DNA of 52,197 bases from Clostridia bacterium (GCA_017539425.1 JAFYHA010000020.1:1-52197), one strand, 5' to 3'. Shown: positions 1 to 9,312, counted from the stretch's first letter. Numbers and translations: made by a program. Notes: generated by a model not told the origin, from the letters alone.

Positions 1-43
1 GGGCCGGATCGAAAAATGATAGCCGCAAGATAAGGAGGTAGAT

Positions 44-748
44 ATGAGAGTATTGTCCATACTGTGTCATCCGGATGATATGGAGCTGACCTGCGCTGGG
101 ACGTTGATCAAATGCCGAAAGCGCGGAGACGACGTGTTTGCCTGCCATCTGGCCAACGGGAACATGGGGCATGAGGTGATTCCGCCGGATGAGCTGAGGG
201 AGATCCGGACCCGCGAGGCGGAAAACGCCGGCAAACTGGCCGGGTTTGAAGTCATCAACGGAGATATCGGGGACCTGACCCTGAACGGGTCGGACTTTGA
301 ACAGGTCAAAAAAGTCATACGCATCATCCGCTATGTCCGCCCGGATATGATCATTACGCACGATCCGGCGGATTACTGCTCGGACCATACCGAGGTCTAC
401 CGCTTGGTGTTCAACGCTTCGTTTTCGGCTTCCTGCCCTCACTTCCATCCGGAACTGGGCGGAGCGACCAAGGTTACGCCGATTTATTTTGCCGAGACCA
501 GTTATGCCGTGAATGCCGTGTATAAGGAATACGTGGACATCACGGAGGAAATGGACCTGAAAATGGAGATGCTGGCCTGCCACAAGAGCCAGATCGACTG
601 GCTCCGTGACCATGACCGTATCGATGTGATCCACAACGAGACCATCAAGGCTGCGGACCGGGGAATCCAGTGCGGGGTCAAGTATGCGGAAGGCTTCAAT
701 CAACTTTTGGCGGCGCAGCGCCTGGTCCCGTACCGGATGCTACCGTAA
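44..748 (+). CDS. PIG-L/LmbE family N-acetyl-sugar deacetylase
   Basis: 234 aa; N-terminal metal motif CHPDD, later THDPADYCSDH, CHKSQ and YAEGF typical of PIG-L; RBS AAGGAGGT upstream. Confidence 0.9.
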   Translation: MRVLSILCHPDDMELTCAGTLIKCRKRGDDVFACHLANGNMGHEVIPPDELREIRTREAENAGKLAGFEVINGDIGDLTLNGSDFEQVKKVIRIIRYVRPDMIITHDPADYCSDHTEVYRLVFNASFSASCPHFHPELGGATKVTPIYFAETSYAVNAVYKEYVDITEEMDLKMEMLACHKSQIDWLRDHDRIDVIHNETIKAADRGIQCGVKYAEGFNQLLAAQRLVPYRMLP

Positions 749-766
749 ATACAAGGAGGTAGGAAC

Positions 767-1702
767 ATGGATTTTTTGAGCACGGTCAAAGGGTCTCTTC
801 TGGAAGGGTTCTTCCCGGAAGGCTGGGATATGGCGCGCATCGACGCCTGCTGTGACAAGGGTGTGCGGAGAGAGGCGTTCTGGCACCGCAATTTCAAGCC
901 GGTCGCCTGTGAGACGGTCGCGGATTTTGACACATATATGGGACATGAGATCGCCCTGCAGATCCGGAAAGCCCGTGAAGAGCATCGTAAACTGGCCCTG
1001 ATCCTGCCCGTCGGACCTATGGGTATGTACAGATGGGCGGCCTATTTCCTGAATGAATGGAAAACCGACTGCAGCCACGTCACGACATTCAACATGGACG
1101 AGTGGGCGGACGAAAACGGGAGAACTCTGGACCCGACCAATCCGGCGTCCTTTGAGTTCAGTATGAAGCAGGCTTTTTTCAGCAAGATTAAAAAGACCGT
1201 TCCGGAATCCCAGCGGAACTTCGCAACGTATGACAATCTTCCCACGTATCCGGAAAAGATCGCAGCCTTGAAAGCGGAAGGCGCAAGACTTGTGCTGGTG
1301 TTCGGCATCGGCAGAATGTGCCACATCGCGTTCTGGGAACCGCATTTTGCCAAAGACTACAAGACCGAGGAGGAATGGAAACAGGCACCATACCGCCGCG
1401 GGGCAAAACTGCATCCTCTGACGATCGAGCAGAACGCGATCACGAGTTTCAAATCTCGTACGACGCTCGTTCCTTGTTACGCCAACACCATAGGCCCGGG
1501 GCTTTTTTTGCAGGCGGACTATATCATAGGCGGATGTGACGGGGCGCTCGGAAGGGGTATGGGCTGGCAGGGAATGAGTTTTCTGACCACGCTCCATTAC
1601 GGCCCGGATAGGCACATTACCTCCACGTTTATCCCGACTATGCCCGGCAAACTCTTCTATCTGAAAGAGCTGGCCGGCCCGCTTGTTGCCGAATGCAACT
1701 GA
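767..1702 (+). CDS. Glucosamine-6-phosphate isomerase/deaminase-like (divergent NagB family)
   Basis: TFNMDEW and [14 protein letters not shown] match NagB motifs (FNLDEY, GIGxxGHIAFNEP); RBS AAGGAGGT; 18 nt after the deacetylase. Confidence 0.8.
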   Translation: MDFLSTVKGSLLEGFFPEGWDMARIDACCDKGVRREAFWHRNFKPVACETVADFDTYMGHEIALQIRKAREEHRKLALILPVGPMGMYRWAAYFLNEWKTDCSHVTTFNMDEWADENGRTLDPTNPASFEFSMKQAFFSKIKKTVPESQRNFATYDNLPTYPEKIAALKAEGARLVLVFGIGRMCHIAFWEPHFAKDYKTEEEWKQAPYRRGAKLHPLTIEQNAITSFKSRTTLVPCYANTIGPGLFLQADYIIGGCDGALGRGMGWQGMSFLTTLHYGPDRHITSTFIPTMPGKLFYLKELAGPLVAECN

Positions 1703-1724
1703 GAGCAGAAACACAAAATACAGA

Positions 1725-1762
1725 AAAGAGGCATTCTATCCGATCGGACAGGATGCCTCTTT
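1725..1762. terminator. Bidirectional intrinsic terminator
   Basis: AAAGAGGCAT...ATGCCTCTTT inverted repeat between convergent genes. Confidence 0.7.
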
Positions 1763-1777
1763 GAGTGCTTGACGGGG

Positions 1778-2704
1778 TCAAACGTTAAGCGCCTTGATGA
1801 TCTCTGGAAGCAGAGCGTCTACCTGGTCATTCTCTAGCTGGCAGGTGCCGGCGTTCCGGTGTCCGCCGCCGCCATAGCGCAGGCACAGGCTTCCGATATC
1901 GGCGGATGAACCGCGGTTGACGATCGATTTGCCGATCATCACGGCCGTGTTCTGCTTGCGGAAACCCCACGCCACATGAACCGAGATCTGGGTCTCCGGA
2001 TACAACGCATAGATCATGAAACGGTTGCCTGCGTGAATGATCTCTTCGTCTCTGAGATCGAGCACAACCACTTTGCCGTAGACCTTGGCGATGCGTTTCA
2101 GCTGTTCCTTAAACTGTTCGGCCTGGTCGAAATACAGTTCCACACGTTCCTTGACGTCCGGCAGCTCCAGAATTTCATCAATGCTGTGGTTCATGCAGTA
2201 GCCGATAAGTTCCATCATCAAATCATAGTTGGAGATCCGGAATTCACGGAAACGGCCCAGTCCGGTGCGGGGATCCATCAGATAGTGCAAAAGCACCCAG
2301 CCCTTTGGATTCAGGATGTCGTCCATCGTAAAATCCGCACTGTCTCCCTTGTCTACGGCTTCCATCATCTCATCGGTGATGAGGGGAAGCTTCTTCTTTC
2401 CCCCGTAATAGTTATAGACCACGCGGGCGGCACTGCGGGCGTTGGGGTCAATGATCAGTTTGCCGTCGGTCTGCTCGGCATGCAGGCGGTCGATCTCGGA
2501 TTCGTGGTGGTCGAACGCAAGCCCGACACGTGCATCGAACGGAAGATTGGTCGTGATGTCGTTCTCGCTCAGTTCCACTTTCCCGTCCTGGACGTCTTTG
2601 GGATGAACAAACTTGATGTCTTCGATAATGTCCAGTTCGCGAAGGATCATCGCGCACACCAGCCCGTCAAAGTCGCTGCGGGTCACTAAACGTTTCTTTC
2701 CCAT
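1778..2704 (-). CDS. DHH/DHHA1 family phosphoesterase (exopolyphosphatase/nanoRNase-like)
   Basis: RSDFDG, FDHHES and GGGGHRNAG motifs; start moved to ATG 2704 (MGKKRLVTRSDFDG), which follows a GGAGG. Confidence 0.85.
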   Translation of the reverse strand: MGKKRLVTRSDFDGLVCAMILRELDIIEDIKFVHPKDVQDGKVELSENDITTNLPFDARVGLAFDHHESEIDRLHAEQTDGKLIIDPNARSAARVVYNYYGGKKKLPLITDEMMEAVDKGDSADFTMDDILNPKGWVLLHYLMDPRTGLGRFREFRISNYDLMMELIGYCMNHSIDEILELPDVKERVELYFDQAEQFKEQLKRIAKVYGKVVVLDLRDEEIIHAGNRFMIYALYPETQISVHVAWGFRKQNTAVMIGKSIVNRGSSADIGSLCLRYGGGGHRNAGTCQLENDQVDALLPEIIKALNV

Positions 2705-2735
2705 AGGAAGCCTCCGATTAATAGATTCTGCACCC

Positions 2736-2823
2736 ATTATACCACAGCAATCGGTCCCGTGTGCAAGCCTTGTGAAAACGGATTCGATTTTTTTGTTTTC
2801 AAAAGGCGGATTTGTGGTATAAT
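2736..2823. promoter_or_regulatory. Divergent extended -10 promoters for the DHH gene and lysS
   Basis: TGTGGTATAAT on + at 2813-2823 and its exact reverse complement ATTATACCACA at 2736-2746. Confidence 0.6.
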
Positions 2824-2859
2824 AGGTCTATAGTTTGGTAACAGAACGAGGTTTTAACT

Positions 2860-4887
2860 ATGCATTGGTCTGAAGAAATCGCGGAACGCATCATAGCCCG
2901 CAATCCGGACAAGGAAGAATATGTTTGCGCAGCGGGGATCAGCCCGTCCGGATCCATCCACATCGGCAACTTCAGAGATGTGGCCACCAGTCTGTTTGTC
3001 GTGAAAGCCCTGGAGAAAAAAGGAAAGAAGGCCAGACTGCTCTTTTCCTGGGACGAGTTTGACCGGTTCAGACACGTTCCGGCCAATGTCAAGGCTCTGC
3101 CCGGCAACGAGGACATGGACGAAAACATCGGCCGCCCTTACGTGGACGTGCGGAATCCGATCCCTAACGATCCGGCTCCCAACTACGCCAAGTATTTTGA
3201 GAACGAGTTTGAAGCGGCCATCCGCCGGTTCGGGATCAAGATGGACTACCGCTATCAGGCGGATATGAACCGTTCCGGGAAATATGCCAAGTATCTGATC
3301 CAGGCCCTGGAAAAGAGAAAAGAGATATTTGACATTCTGGATTCGTTCCGGACGCAGGATGCCGAGGAGGGAGAGCGGGACCGCTATTATCCGGTCGCCA
3401 TCTACTGCCCCTGCTGCCATAAGGATTCGACTACGATCACCTGGATCAGCGACGATTGCACGAAAGCCAAGTATACGTGCGAGTGCGGGCACAGCGGAGA
3501 CTGGGACTTCACCAAGGATTTCAACTGCAAGCTGGCCTGGAAGATCGACTGGCCGATGCGCTGGCTCTACGAGGGTGTGGATTTTGAGCCCGGAGGCAAG
3601 GATCATGCCTCTCCTACGGGCTCCTACCAGACCTCCAAGGTGATTTCCAAGCAGATCTTCGGATACGAACCGCCGCTCTTCCAGGGGTATGAGTTTATCG
3701 GGATCAAAGGGCTGACCGGAAAGATGTCCGGTTCATCCGGACTGAATATGACGCCGGACACACTGCTGAAACTGTACCAGCCGGAAATGATCCTCTGGCT
3801 GTATTCCAAAACGGATCCGACCAAAGCGTTTGATTTCTGCTTCGATGACGGGATCCTGCGCCAGTACTTCGAATATGATAAAATGCTGACCGATTGCCGG
3901 ACCGGCGCGGCCAATGACGCGATCAAGGCCATCATGTACAATTGCGAGATCGAGGGCCGCTATGTCGAGACCGTCCCGATGTCTCTGCTGGTTCAGCTTG
4001 GCTCGATCGTAGACTTTAATGTCCCGATGCTTGAGACCGTGTTTGAGAAAATCGGCCAGCCTTACAAGCACGAGCAGTTCGCGGACCGTCTGGAAAGGGC
4101 CAAATACTGGCTGGAAGTCTGTGCGCCGGATCAGGTCAACCGGCTGCGGACAACGCGCAACTGGGCCGTCTTTGAGTCGCTGAACGAAGCACAAAGGAAG
4201 GAGGTCGAACTTCTCCATGCGCTGATTGCCCGCGGCGGTTACGATCTGGACGCACTGAATACGGAACTGTATGCCATTCCGAAAACCGTATTTGGAGAAG
4301 ACGCGGACCCGAAAGTCCTCAAGACGGAGCAGGCGGAGTTCTTCCAGACCGTCTACCGGCTGCTCATCGACAAGGAGAGGGGACCCAGACTGTACCTGTT
4401 CCTGTACGCCATCGATCCGGCCAAGTATGTCGGGCTTCTGGATTTCTCATACCCTCAGACGGATGCGGAACGGGAGGCGGATATGCCCCCGGAAGAGTCC
4501 TCCTGCCCGGTGGAAGAGCCGCAGGAAACAAGTGAACCCGATCCCGTTGCGCCGGTTAAGCCGGAAATCACGATCGACCAGTTCAATCTGCTGGACGTTA
4601 GGGTCTGCAAGATCCTGAAGGCGGAAACCGTGCGCAAATCCCGCGCCTGCCTGAAACTCACACTGTTTGACGGATTGAAAAACCGGGTGATCATGTCCAG
4701 CATCAAGGATACCTACACGCCTGAACAGCTGGTCGGGAAAAAGATCCTGGTCGTGGCCAATCTGCAGCCGAACCGGATCTGCAACGTGACGAGTGAAGGT
4801 ATGCTCCTGGCTGCCACCAACGGCGCATGCGGGTGCAAGGTCATTTTTGTGGACGATGCGATTCCGGAAGGGACGCCGTTGCATTGA
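2860..4887 (+). CDS. lysS: Class I lysyl-tRNA synthetase with a C-terminal Trbp111/CsaA/MetRS-type tRNA-binding OB domain
   Basis: HW start, SPSGSIHIGNFR (HIGH), KLAWKIDWPMRW, FEPGGKDH, KMSGS (KMSKS), GPRL; last ~110 aa (ITIDQF..LDVRV..LVGKKILVVANLQP..SEGMLLA) match tRNA_bind. Confidence 0.95.
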   Translation: MHWSEEIAERIIARNPDKEEYVCAAGISPSGSIHIGNFRDVATSLFVVKALEKKGKKARLLFSWDEFDRFRHVPANVKALPGNEDMDENIGRPYVDVRNPIPNDPAPNYAKYFENEFEAAIRRFGIKMDYRYQADMNRSGKYAKYLIQALEKRKEIFDILDSFRTQDAEEGERDRYYPVAIYCPCCHKDSTTITWISDDCTKAKYTCECGHSGDWDFTKDFNCKLAWKIDWPMRWLYEGVDFEPGGKDHASPTGSYQTSKVISKQIFGYEPPLFQGYEFIGIKGLTGKMSGSSGLNMTPDTLLKLYQPEMILWLYSKTDPTKAFDFCFDDGILRQYFEYDKMLTDCRTGAANDAIKAIMYNCEIEGRYVETVPMSLLVQLGSIVDFNVPMLETVFEKIGQPYKHEQFADRLERAKYWLEVCAPDQVNRLRTTRNWAVFESLNEAQRKEVELLHALIARGGYDLDALNTELYAIPKTVFGEDADPKVLKTEQAEFFQTVYRLLIDKERGPRLYLFLYAIDPAKYVGLLDFSYPQTDAEREADMPPEESSCPVEEPQETSEPDPVAPVKPEITIDQFNLLDVRVCKILKAETVRKSRACLKLTLFDGLKNRVIMSSIKDTYTPEQLVGKKILVVANLQPNRICNVTSEGMLLAATNGACGCKVIFVDDAIPEGTPLH

Positions 4888-4907
4888 AAAGCAAAAAGAA
4901 ATAGAAG

Positions 4908-4936
4908 ACAGCGGACGGCGGGAAGCCGTCCGCTGT
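4908..4936. terminator. Hairpin/terminator between convergent lysS and TIR gene
   Basis: ACAGCGGACGGC-GGGAA-GCCGTCCGCTGT 12-bp perfect stem; A-rich left flank gives a U-tract on the - strand. Confidence 0.7.
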
Positions 4937-4959
4937 TGCGTTCAACAGGACAGTAGAGT

Positions 4960-5784
4960 TCAGGCCGGGGACTGTGCCGGCTGTTCTGCAGTCTCTGCCG
5001 GGGTGTCCGTATCCTGGTCGGGCCGGGTTTTGCGAAGGCAGTCCTTGATCCTGTTCAGTACCGCATCCATATGCGTTGTGTTGGCCAGAACGCCGTTCAT
5101 ATACGGGAGGGAACTGAGTTCAGGAGGAAGGGTGTCCGGCCATTCAAAGCCGGGCATATTGACCAGGATGATGTTTTTCTCCTGGGCAATGGCGTAGATG
5201 AGTTCGCCCTGCAGATTGGCGTCTCCCTTGGAGTCCAGCTTCTTTACGGAGGCAAGACTGTCCGGGGTCAGGATGGCCAGGACATCGGTTGCTCTGTCCA
5301 GAGCTGTGTCTACGCCCAGTGTCCGTACGTCTTCGCTCAGGTAGAAATTGTCGGTATAGACCTTGTATCCCTGGGCGGTCAGGCGTTCGTAGAGCATCGT
5401 GGCAAACGGAGCCGCCGTAGAATTTTTCGCAGTGATGAACAGGATCTGCTCGGATTTGCGCAATAGATTGTCCGGGTCGTTGTTCCGTGCTTTCCGATTG
5501 GCTTCCACGGTTTCGGCAAGGCGCTGCACGGTGACCCTGCGTTCGCTGTCGCGCAGGATCTTCCCGCGGAAATTGATGATGACCGTCAGGACGATTGTGC
5601 CGATGAGCGCGCCCAGAAAGGCGCCGAAGATCCCCAGGGCAATGCAGATGAGCACAGAGAGTATGGCAAGTATCCTCTGGCGGGAGCGAAGGCCGAGCAC
5701 GAAGGGAAGGATACTGAGCAGCAGACCGGCTGCGGCACCCGGGCCGTAGTCGGCGACAAGAGTAGAAAACGTCACAATAAACAC
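4960..5784 (-). CDS. Membrane-anchored TIR-domain protein (SARM1/TIR_2-like)
   Basis: 2-3 N-terminal hydrophobic helices, then LFIT..A..LYERLTAQGYKVYTD..LAILTPDSL..GELIYAIAQEKNIILV..GFEWPDTLPPEL..L...NG; the true start may be GTG 5775 (RBS GAGGTG). Confidence 0.75.
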   Translation of the reverse strand: MFIVTFSTLVADYGPGAAAGLLLSILPFVLGLRSRQRILAILSVLICIALGIFGAFLGALIGTIVLTVIINFRGKILRDSERRVTVQRLAETVEANRKARNNDPDNLLRKSEQILFITAKNSTAAPFATMLYERLTAQGYKVYTDNFYLSEDVRTLGVDTALDRATDVLAILTPDSLASVKKLDSKGDANLQGELIYAIAQEKNIILVNMPGFEWPDTLPPELSSLPYMNGVLANTTHMDAVLNRIKDCLRKTRPDQDTDTPAETAEQPAQSPA

Positions 5785-5785
5785 C

Positions 5786-6124
5786 TCACATGGAATCCAT
5801 GAGTTCGTGCAGGGAGTCGTTTACATTGTCAACGGCTTCTGTAATATCGTCAATGTTGGCCAGAGAGGAAAGTGCGGGGACTATGTCCGCGGACATAAGC
5901 GAGGAAACGGATTCCATCTGCTGGCTGATGTTCTGAAAGCCAAGTTCTGCGGATACGGAAAGCGCGGCAATGTTTTTCGCGGAATCATCCGTGCTGGTCT
6001 GGATCTGGTCCAGCCGCACCTCCAGAGCATGCAGGGCCGCAGCCGTGGTGGCAACGGAGCCGACCAGGGCGTGCAGAGCATCTCGGATATCCGTCAACAG
6101 GACAAGCATTTCGTTATCGCTCAT
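5786..6124 (-). CDS. Small acidic all-helical (coiled-coil-like) hypothetical protein, 112 aa
   Basis: ATG 6124 preceded by GGAGGT; heptad-like L/I/V spacing; stop lies 1 nt before the TIR ORF. Confidence 0.65.
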   Translation of the reverse strand: MSDNEMLVLLTDIRDALHALVGSVATTAAALHALEVRLDQIQTSTDDSAKNIAALSVSAELGFQNISQQMESVSSLMSADIVPALSSLANIDDITEAVDNVNDSLHELMDSM

Positions 6125-6140
6125 AAAGACCTCCAATTGG

Positions 6141-8033
6141 TTAAGGGTTCGGATTCCAGTCGTAGGATCCCTCTTTGACATCACGGCCGAGTTCCAGGGA
6201 ATAGACCCAATGGATCCGGTCTCCGGGTTCACAGATATAGGTCCCGCAGCCCTTGGACGGCTGCGTGCCGTTGACCACATAGACCCATCCGGACAGATCT
6301 CCGCAGTCCATCTCGTACATGCCTCCGATACCGGTCACGTATGCTCCGGTGTCGTCGCCATTGTGCGTAGTTACGATTCCGTTGGCGCGACAGACATAAT
6401 CCAGCACATCCCAGACGGAAAGATCTTCGGTCCAGAGGACTGTGGTTTCTTTTAAGAGTATACCATCCTGTGGCAAATCAATCAAGAGATCGGAAGACAG
6501 AGCGTTGTAGCACAGGATATCGATCGTCACGACAGGCGCTCCGCTCTCCGGTTCGGTAGATGTTTCCACGTGGAAATGGTCATCTACGGATTCAAAACGG
6601 ACGGCAAACAGGACTATCCCCAAGAGGACCAGGACCGCGACGGCGACCGGGATCCAGCGGGAAGGCGTCAAATGGTGCGACAGGGCAAGGGCCAGTATGG
6701 CGATACCGCCTCCAAGCAGGACGGCGCCAGCCGCGATCCATTTCCACACGGAAGTGGCGGAGCGGGGCGGGGAATCATCTGCCTTGGTCTCTTTGTCCGG
6801 CTCGCGTTCGGATTCCTCTCTGCGGGTCTCCGGTTCGGTCTGGGCCTCAACCGGCTGGCTTTGATCGCTTTCCGGTGTAATCGTACTTTCTGTCTCCGTA
6901 CCCTGCCCGGAACCTGGTTGGGATTCATCCGTCTCCGTTTCGGGAGAAGGGGATTTTGTCTCCGTATCGCTTTCAACCGGAGCTGGAGGGTTGGTTTCCG
7001 TGCTTTCGTGCGGGTCGGTTTCAAGGGGGTCAGAGGATCCGGTCTCGTCCGGGGGCGGCGTCTTGCGCTCGTTGAGCGCGTCAAAATCATACAAGGCGGC
7101 ACCATACTCACGCAGCAGACGGCACGCCGCCAAGGCCTGGAAGGCCTGATAGGTGGCCATCGGGTTTGAGGTCCCGCCGTGAACATGGGAGAAAGAGCCG
7201 TCCGAAAGCGCATAACCCCGGATGACCTCGGTCAGGGCGGGAAGCCCGTCATTGAACCAGGTGTCCGGATCCAGCCCGAGGGCACAGAGAGCCAGGGAGA
7301 CCTGTGCGGAACTCTCCGCGTTCTCTACGCCGTATGAGGCGAATTCGCCGTTTGGTCTGCGCAGGGCGCGTATTCTGGACAAGGCCTTGTCGACCGCGGT
7401 CGCAACGGCAGGAGTGTCCCGGTGGGGCGCCAACGCCGCCAGAGCCATGGACGTAACATCGGTATCGGACTGAGTCCCGGTCAGGGCCCAACCCCCATCC
7501 GCGAACTGGATATCCAGAAGATGGGAAATGAGCGCCTCCCGCCCTGCAAAATCGTAATGATGCGAGTCTGCGAGGATCAGGCCCGTGATGTAATTCATAA
7601 TGTTGCCGTTGCCTGCGCAGGTGGAAAGGACCGTCTGGATGTAGTCGGATTCCTCATCCGGGGCGATGGCGCTGAAAACGAGAGCCATACGCAGCTTCGC
7701 GGGAATGTCCTTGGTCAGGGAAAGATCCGTCGAGTCTATATACTGACGTAATGCGGAGCGGTAATCCGACAGATCCGCGTCCGGGTGCAGCGCCAGATAG
7801 GCAATCGACGACCAGTCATTCACATAGGACACGGAAGGTGTGCCGGACAGGGCGTCCGGCAGACCGAGCGAGACCTGAATCTGGTCCAGAACGTCCCCGT
7901 CGGGCTCGGCGAAGATCCGGATGGTGGCGAACAGACCGCCCAGGAGCAGCGCCACCGTCAGGAACAGACAGGCTACACCCGTTATCCGGGAACGTCTATG
8001 CAGTTGTCGGTGTTGCATTGCCGAAGCAGACAT
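6141..8033 (-). CDS. Membrane-anchored protein with prenyltransferase/squalene-oxidase-type alpha-barrel repeats and a C-terminal DUF4430 (transcobalamin-C-like) domain; probable corrinoid-binding protein
   Basis: Signal/TM segment; QFADGGW..DTDVTSMALAAL, RPNGEF..ENAESSAQV and LSDGSF repeats; S/T/E/P linker; two TM helices; YVTGIGGMYEMDCGDLSGWVYVVNG..G...YICEPGDRIHWVYS. Confidence 0.8.
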   Translation of the reverse strand: MSASAMQHRQLHRRSRITGVACLFLTVALLLGGLFATIRIFAEPDGDVLDQIQVSLGLPDALSGTPSVSYVNDWSSIAYLALHPDADLSDYRSALRQYIDSTDLSLTKDIPAKLRMALVFSAIAPDEESDYIQTVLSTCAGNGNIMNYITGLILADSHHYDFAGREALISHLLDIQFADGGWALTGTQSDTDVTSMALAALAPHRDTPAVATAVDKALSRIRALRRPNGEFASYGVENAESSAQVSLALCALGLDPDTWFNDGLPALTEVIRGYALSDGSFSHVHGGTSNPMATYQAFQALAACRLLREYGAALYDFDALNERKTPPPDETGSSDPLETDPHESTETNPPAPVESDTETKSPSPETETDESQPGSGQGTETESTITPESDQSQPVEAQTEPETRREESEREPDKETKADDSPPRSATSVWKWIAAGAVLLGGGIAILALALSHHLTPSRWIPVAVAVLVLLGIVLFAVRFESVDDHFHVETSTEPESGAPVVTIDILCYNALSSDLLIDLPQDGILLKETTVLWTEDLSVWDVLDYVCRANGIVTTHNGDDTGAYVTGIGGMYEMDCGDLSGWVYVVNGTQPSKGCGTYICEPGDRIHWVYSLELGRDVKEGSYDWNPNP

Positions 8034-8074
8034 GGTATACTACCTTTCAGACCTGAACGGGGGGAGGACAAGAC

Positions 8075-8623
8075 ATGAGAGAATACTCCTATACGCCGCC
8101 TGCGGCGAAACGGAAGCCCGCGATCGTGGTCGGGTTCCTGATACTGGTCTCCCTGTTGCTGATCCTTGCGTCAGGGTCATTTCCTTACCGGGCACTGTGG
8201 CAGGCCGGAGGGTTCTGCGGACTTGCGGCCGCACTGTTCATCGCCGGCAGCTATCTTCTGCGGGAGTATACCTACCGGATCGTTTCCAGGGAAACGGGTT
8301 TTGATGAGGAAGAACCTGTGTATGCCTATGACTTTGAAATTCTGCAAAACGGAAAGCCGGTCTGCAGGATCGGGCTGGACAGGATCGCGGAAGTCGAACC
8401 GGAAACGGAGCAAAAGGACCCGAAACCCTTTCGCGGACGCACCTATACCTATCGCGCGTCCTGGGAGAAAGCCGGCCGCTGCCGGCTGGTCTTCCTGGAC
8501 CGGGAGACGGATGTCCCGGAAGCGGTTGCGGTCCGGTTTTTCGCGGACGGGACGCTTCTGGAGCTGCTGCGTTCCGGCATTTCGGCCGAAACGGCAGAAG
8601 AATATCGATCCAATCATTTATGA
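8075..8623 (+). CDS. Hypothetical membrane protein (2 TM plus soluble domain)
   Basis: RBS GGAGG; two hydrophobic helices; followed by a hairpin and T-tract. Confidence 0.65.
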   Translation: MREYSYTPPAAKRKPAIVVGFLILVSLLLILASGSFPYRALWQAGGFCGLAAALFIAGSYLLREYTYRIVSRETGFDEEEPVYAYDFEILQNGKPVCRIGLDRIAEVEPETEQKDPKPFRGRTYTYRASWEKAGRCRLVFLDRETDVPEAVAVRFFADGTLLELLRSGISAETAEEYRSNHL

Positions 8624-8628
8624 ACCAG

Positions 8629-8650
8629 GCGGCCGCAAGGCCGCTTTTGT
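8629..8650. terminator. Terminator between convergent genes
   Basis: GCGGC-CGCAAG-GCCGC followed by TTTTGT. Confidence 0.5.
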
Positions 8651-9304
8651 TCATGCGGAGGGATCCGGGTTTTGTGTGTTTTCCGGGTCCTGAGTCTCTT
8701 CCGCAGGAGAATCGTCAGAGGTTACAGAATTTTCAGCGGCTGCGGGAGATTCGGTAGCTTCGGACTCTTCCGGGGAAGGATTCGGATCTTTCTTTTTCTT
8801 GAACACGAAGCCCTTGGAAATGAAATAGTTCAGGATGACCACGATGATGGACGACAGGAGCTTGGCGATCAGTTCGGCATTGATTGCCCAGTTCCGGTGG
8901 AAGAGGACGAAATCGAACTCGGCGCCCTTGAGGATCACGTTGAGCAGCAGGACGAGCAGGTAGGTCATGATCAGGTCAAGCCCGAATGTGCCCAACCGGG
9001 TCAGGGAGAACTTGAACAGCTGAGGCCAGAAGGTACCCTTGCTCCGGTCGGCCTTGGTAAAGACCCATTTCCGGTTGGTGCTGAACGCAACCAGCACGGC
9101 CGTGATCCACTGCAGGACCTGGGCGGTAAAATAGGTCGCCAGATAGGGCCCGCTGGAAATTTCGGCCAGATCGACGCCGAGAAAATGTTTTGCAAAGAGG
9201 AAGGTCAACTCGTAGACGGCCATGGAGCTGAACGTGGTCAGGACTCCGAAAGCCATGTAGCTCAAACCTTCACGGTGCTTTTTAATAAATGCGACTAACT
9301 TCAT
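8651..9304 (-). CDS. GtrA family membrane protein
   Basis: Y..FGVLTT, AF.TNRKWVF and ILNYFISKGFVF motifs; 4 TM; acidic tail. Confidence 0.85.
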   Translation of the reverse strand: MKLVAFIKKHREGLSYMAFGVLTTFSSMAVYELTFLFAKHFLGVDLAEISSGPYLATYFTAQVLQWITAVLVAFSTNRKWVFTKADRSKGTFWPQLFKFSLTRLGTFGLDLIMTYLLVLLLNVILKGAEFDFVLFHRNWAINAELIAKLLSSIIVVILNYFISKGFVFKKKKDPNPSPEESEATESPAAAENSVTSDDSPAEETQDPENTQNPDPSA

Positions 9305-9312
9305 AATTTTGA

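Noticed and set aside
2772-2787. cre/LacI-like sequence TGAAAACGGATTCG upstream of lysS (similar weak match near 38140)
   Set aside because: Poor symmetry and several mismatches; not distinguishable from chance by eye
6770-7060. GAAACC/ACGGAA-type short repeats here and at 44230-44470 as CRISPR or tandem DNA repeats
   Set aside because: They encode low-complexity T/E/S/P protein stalks; no constant repeat-spacer period
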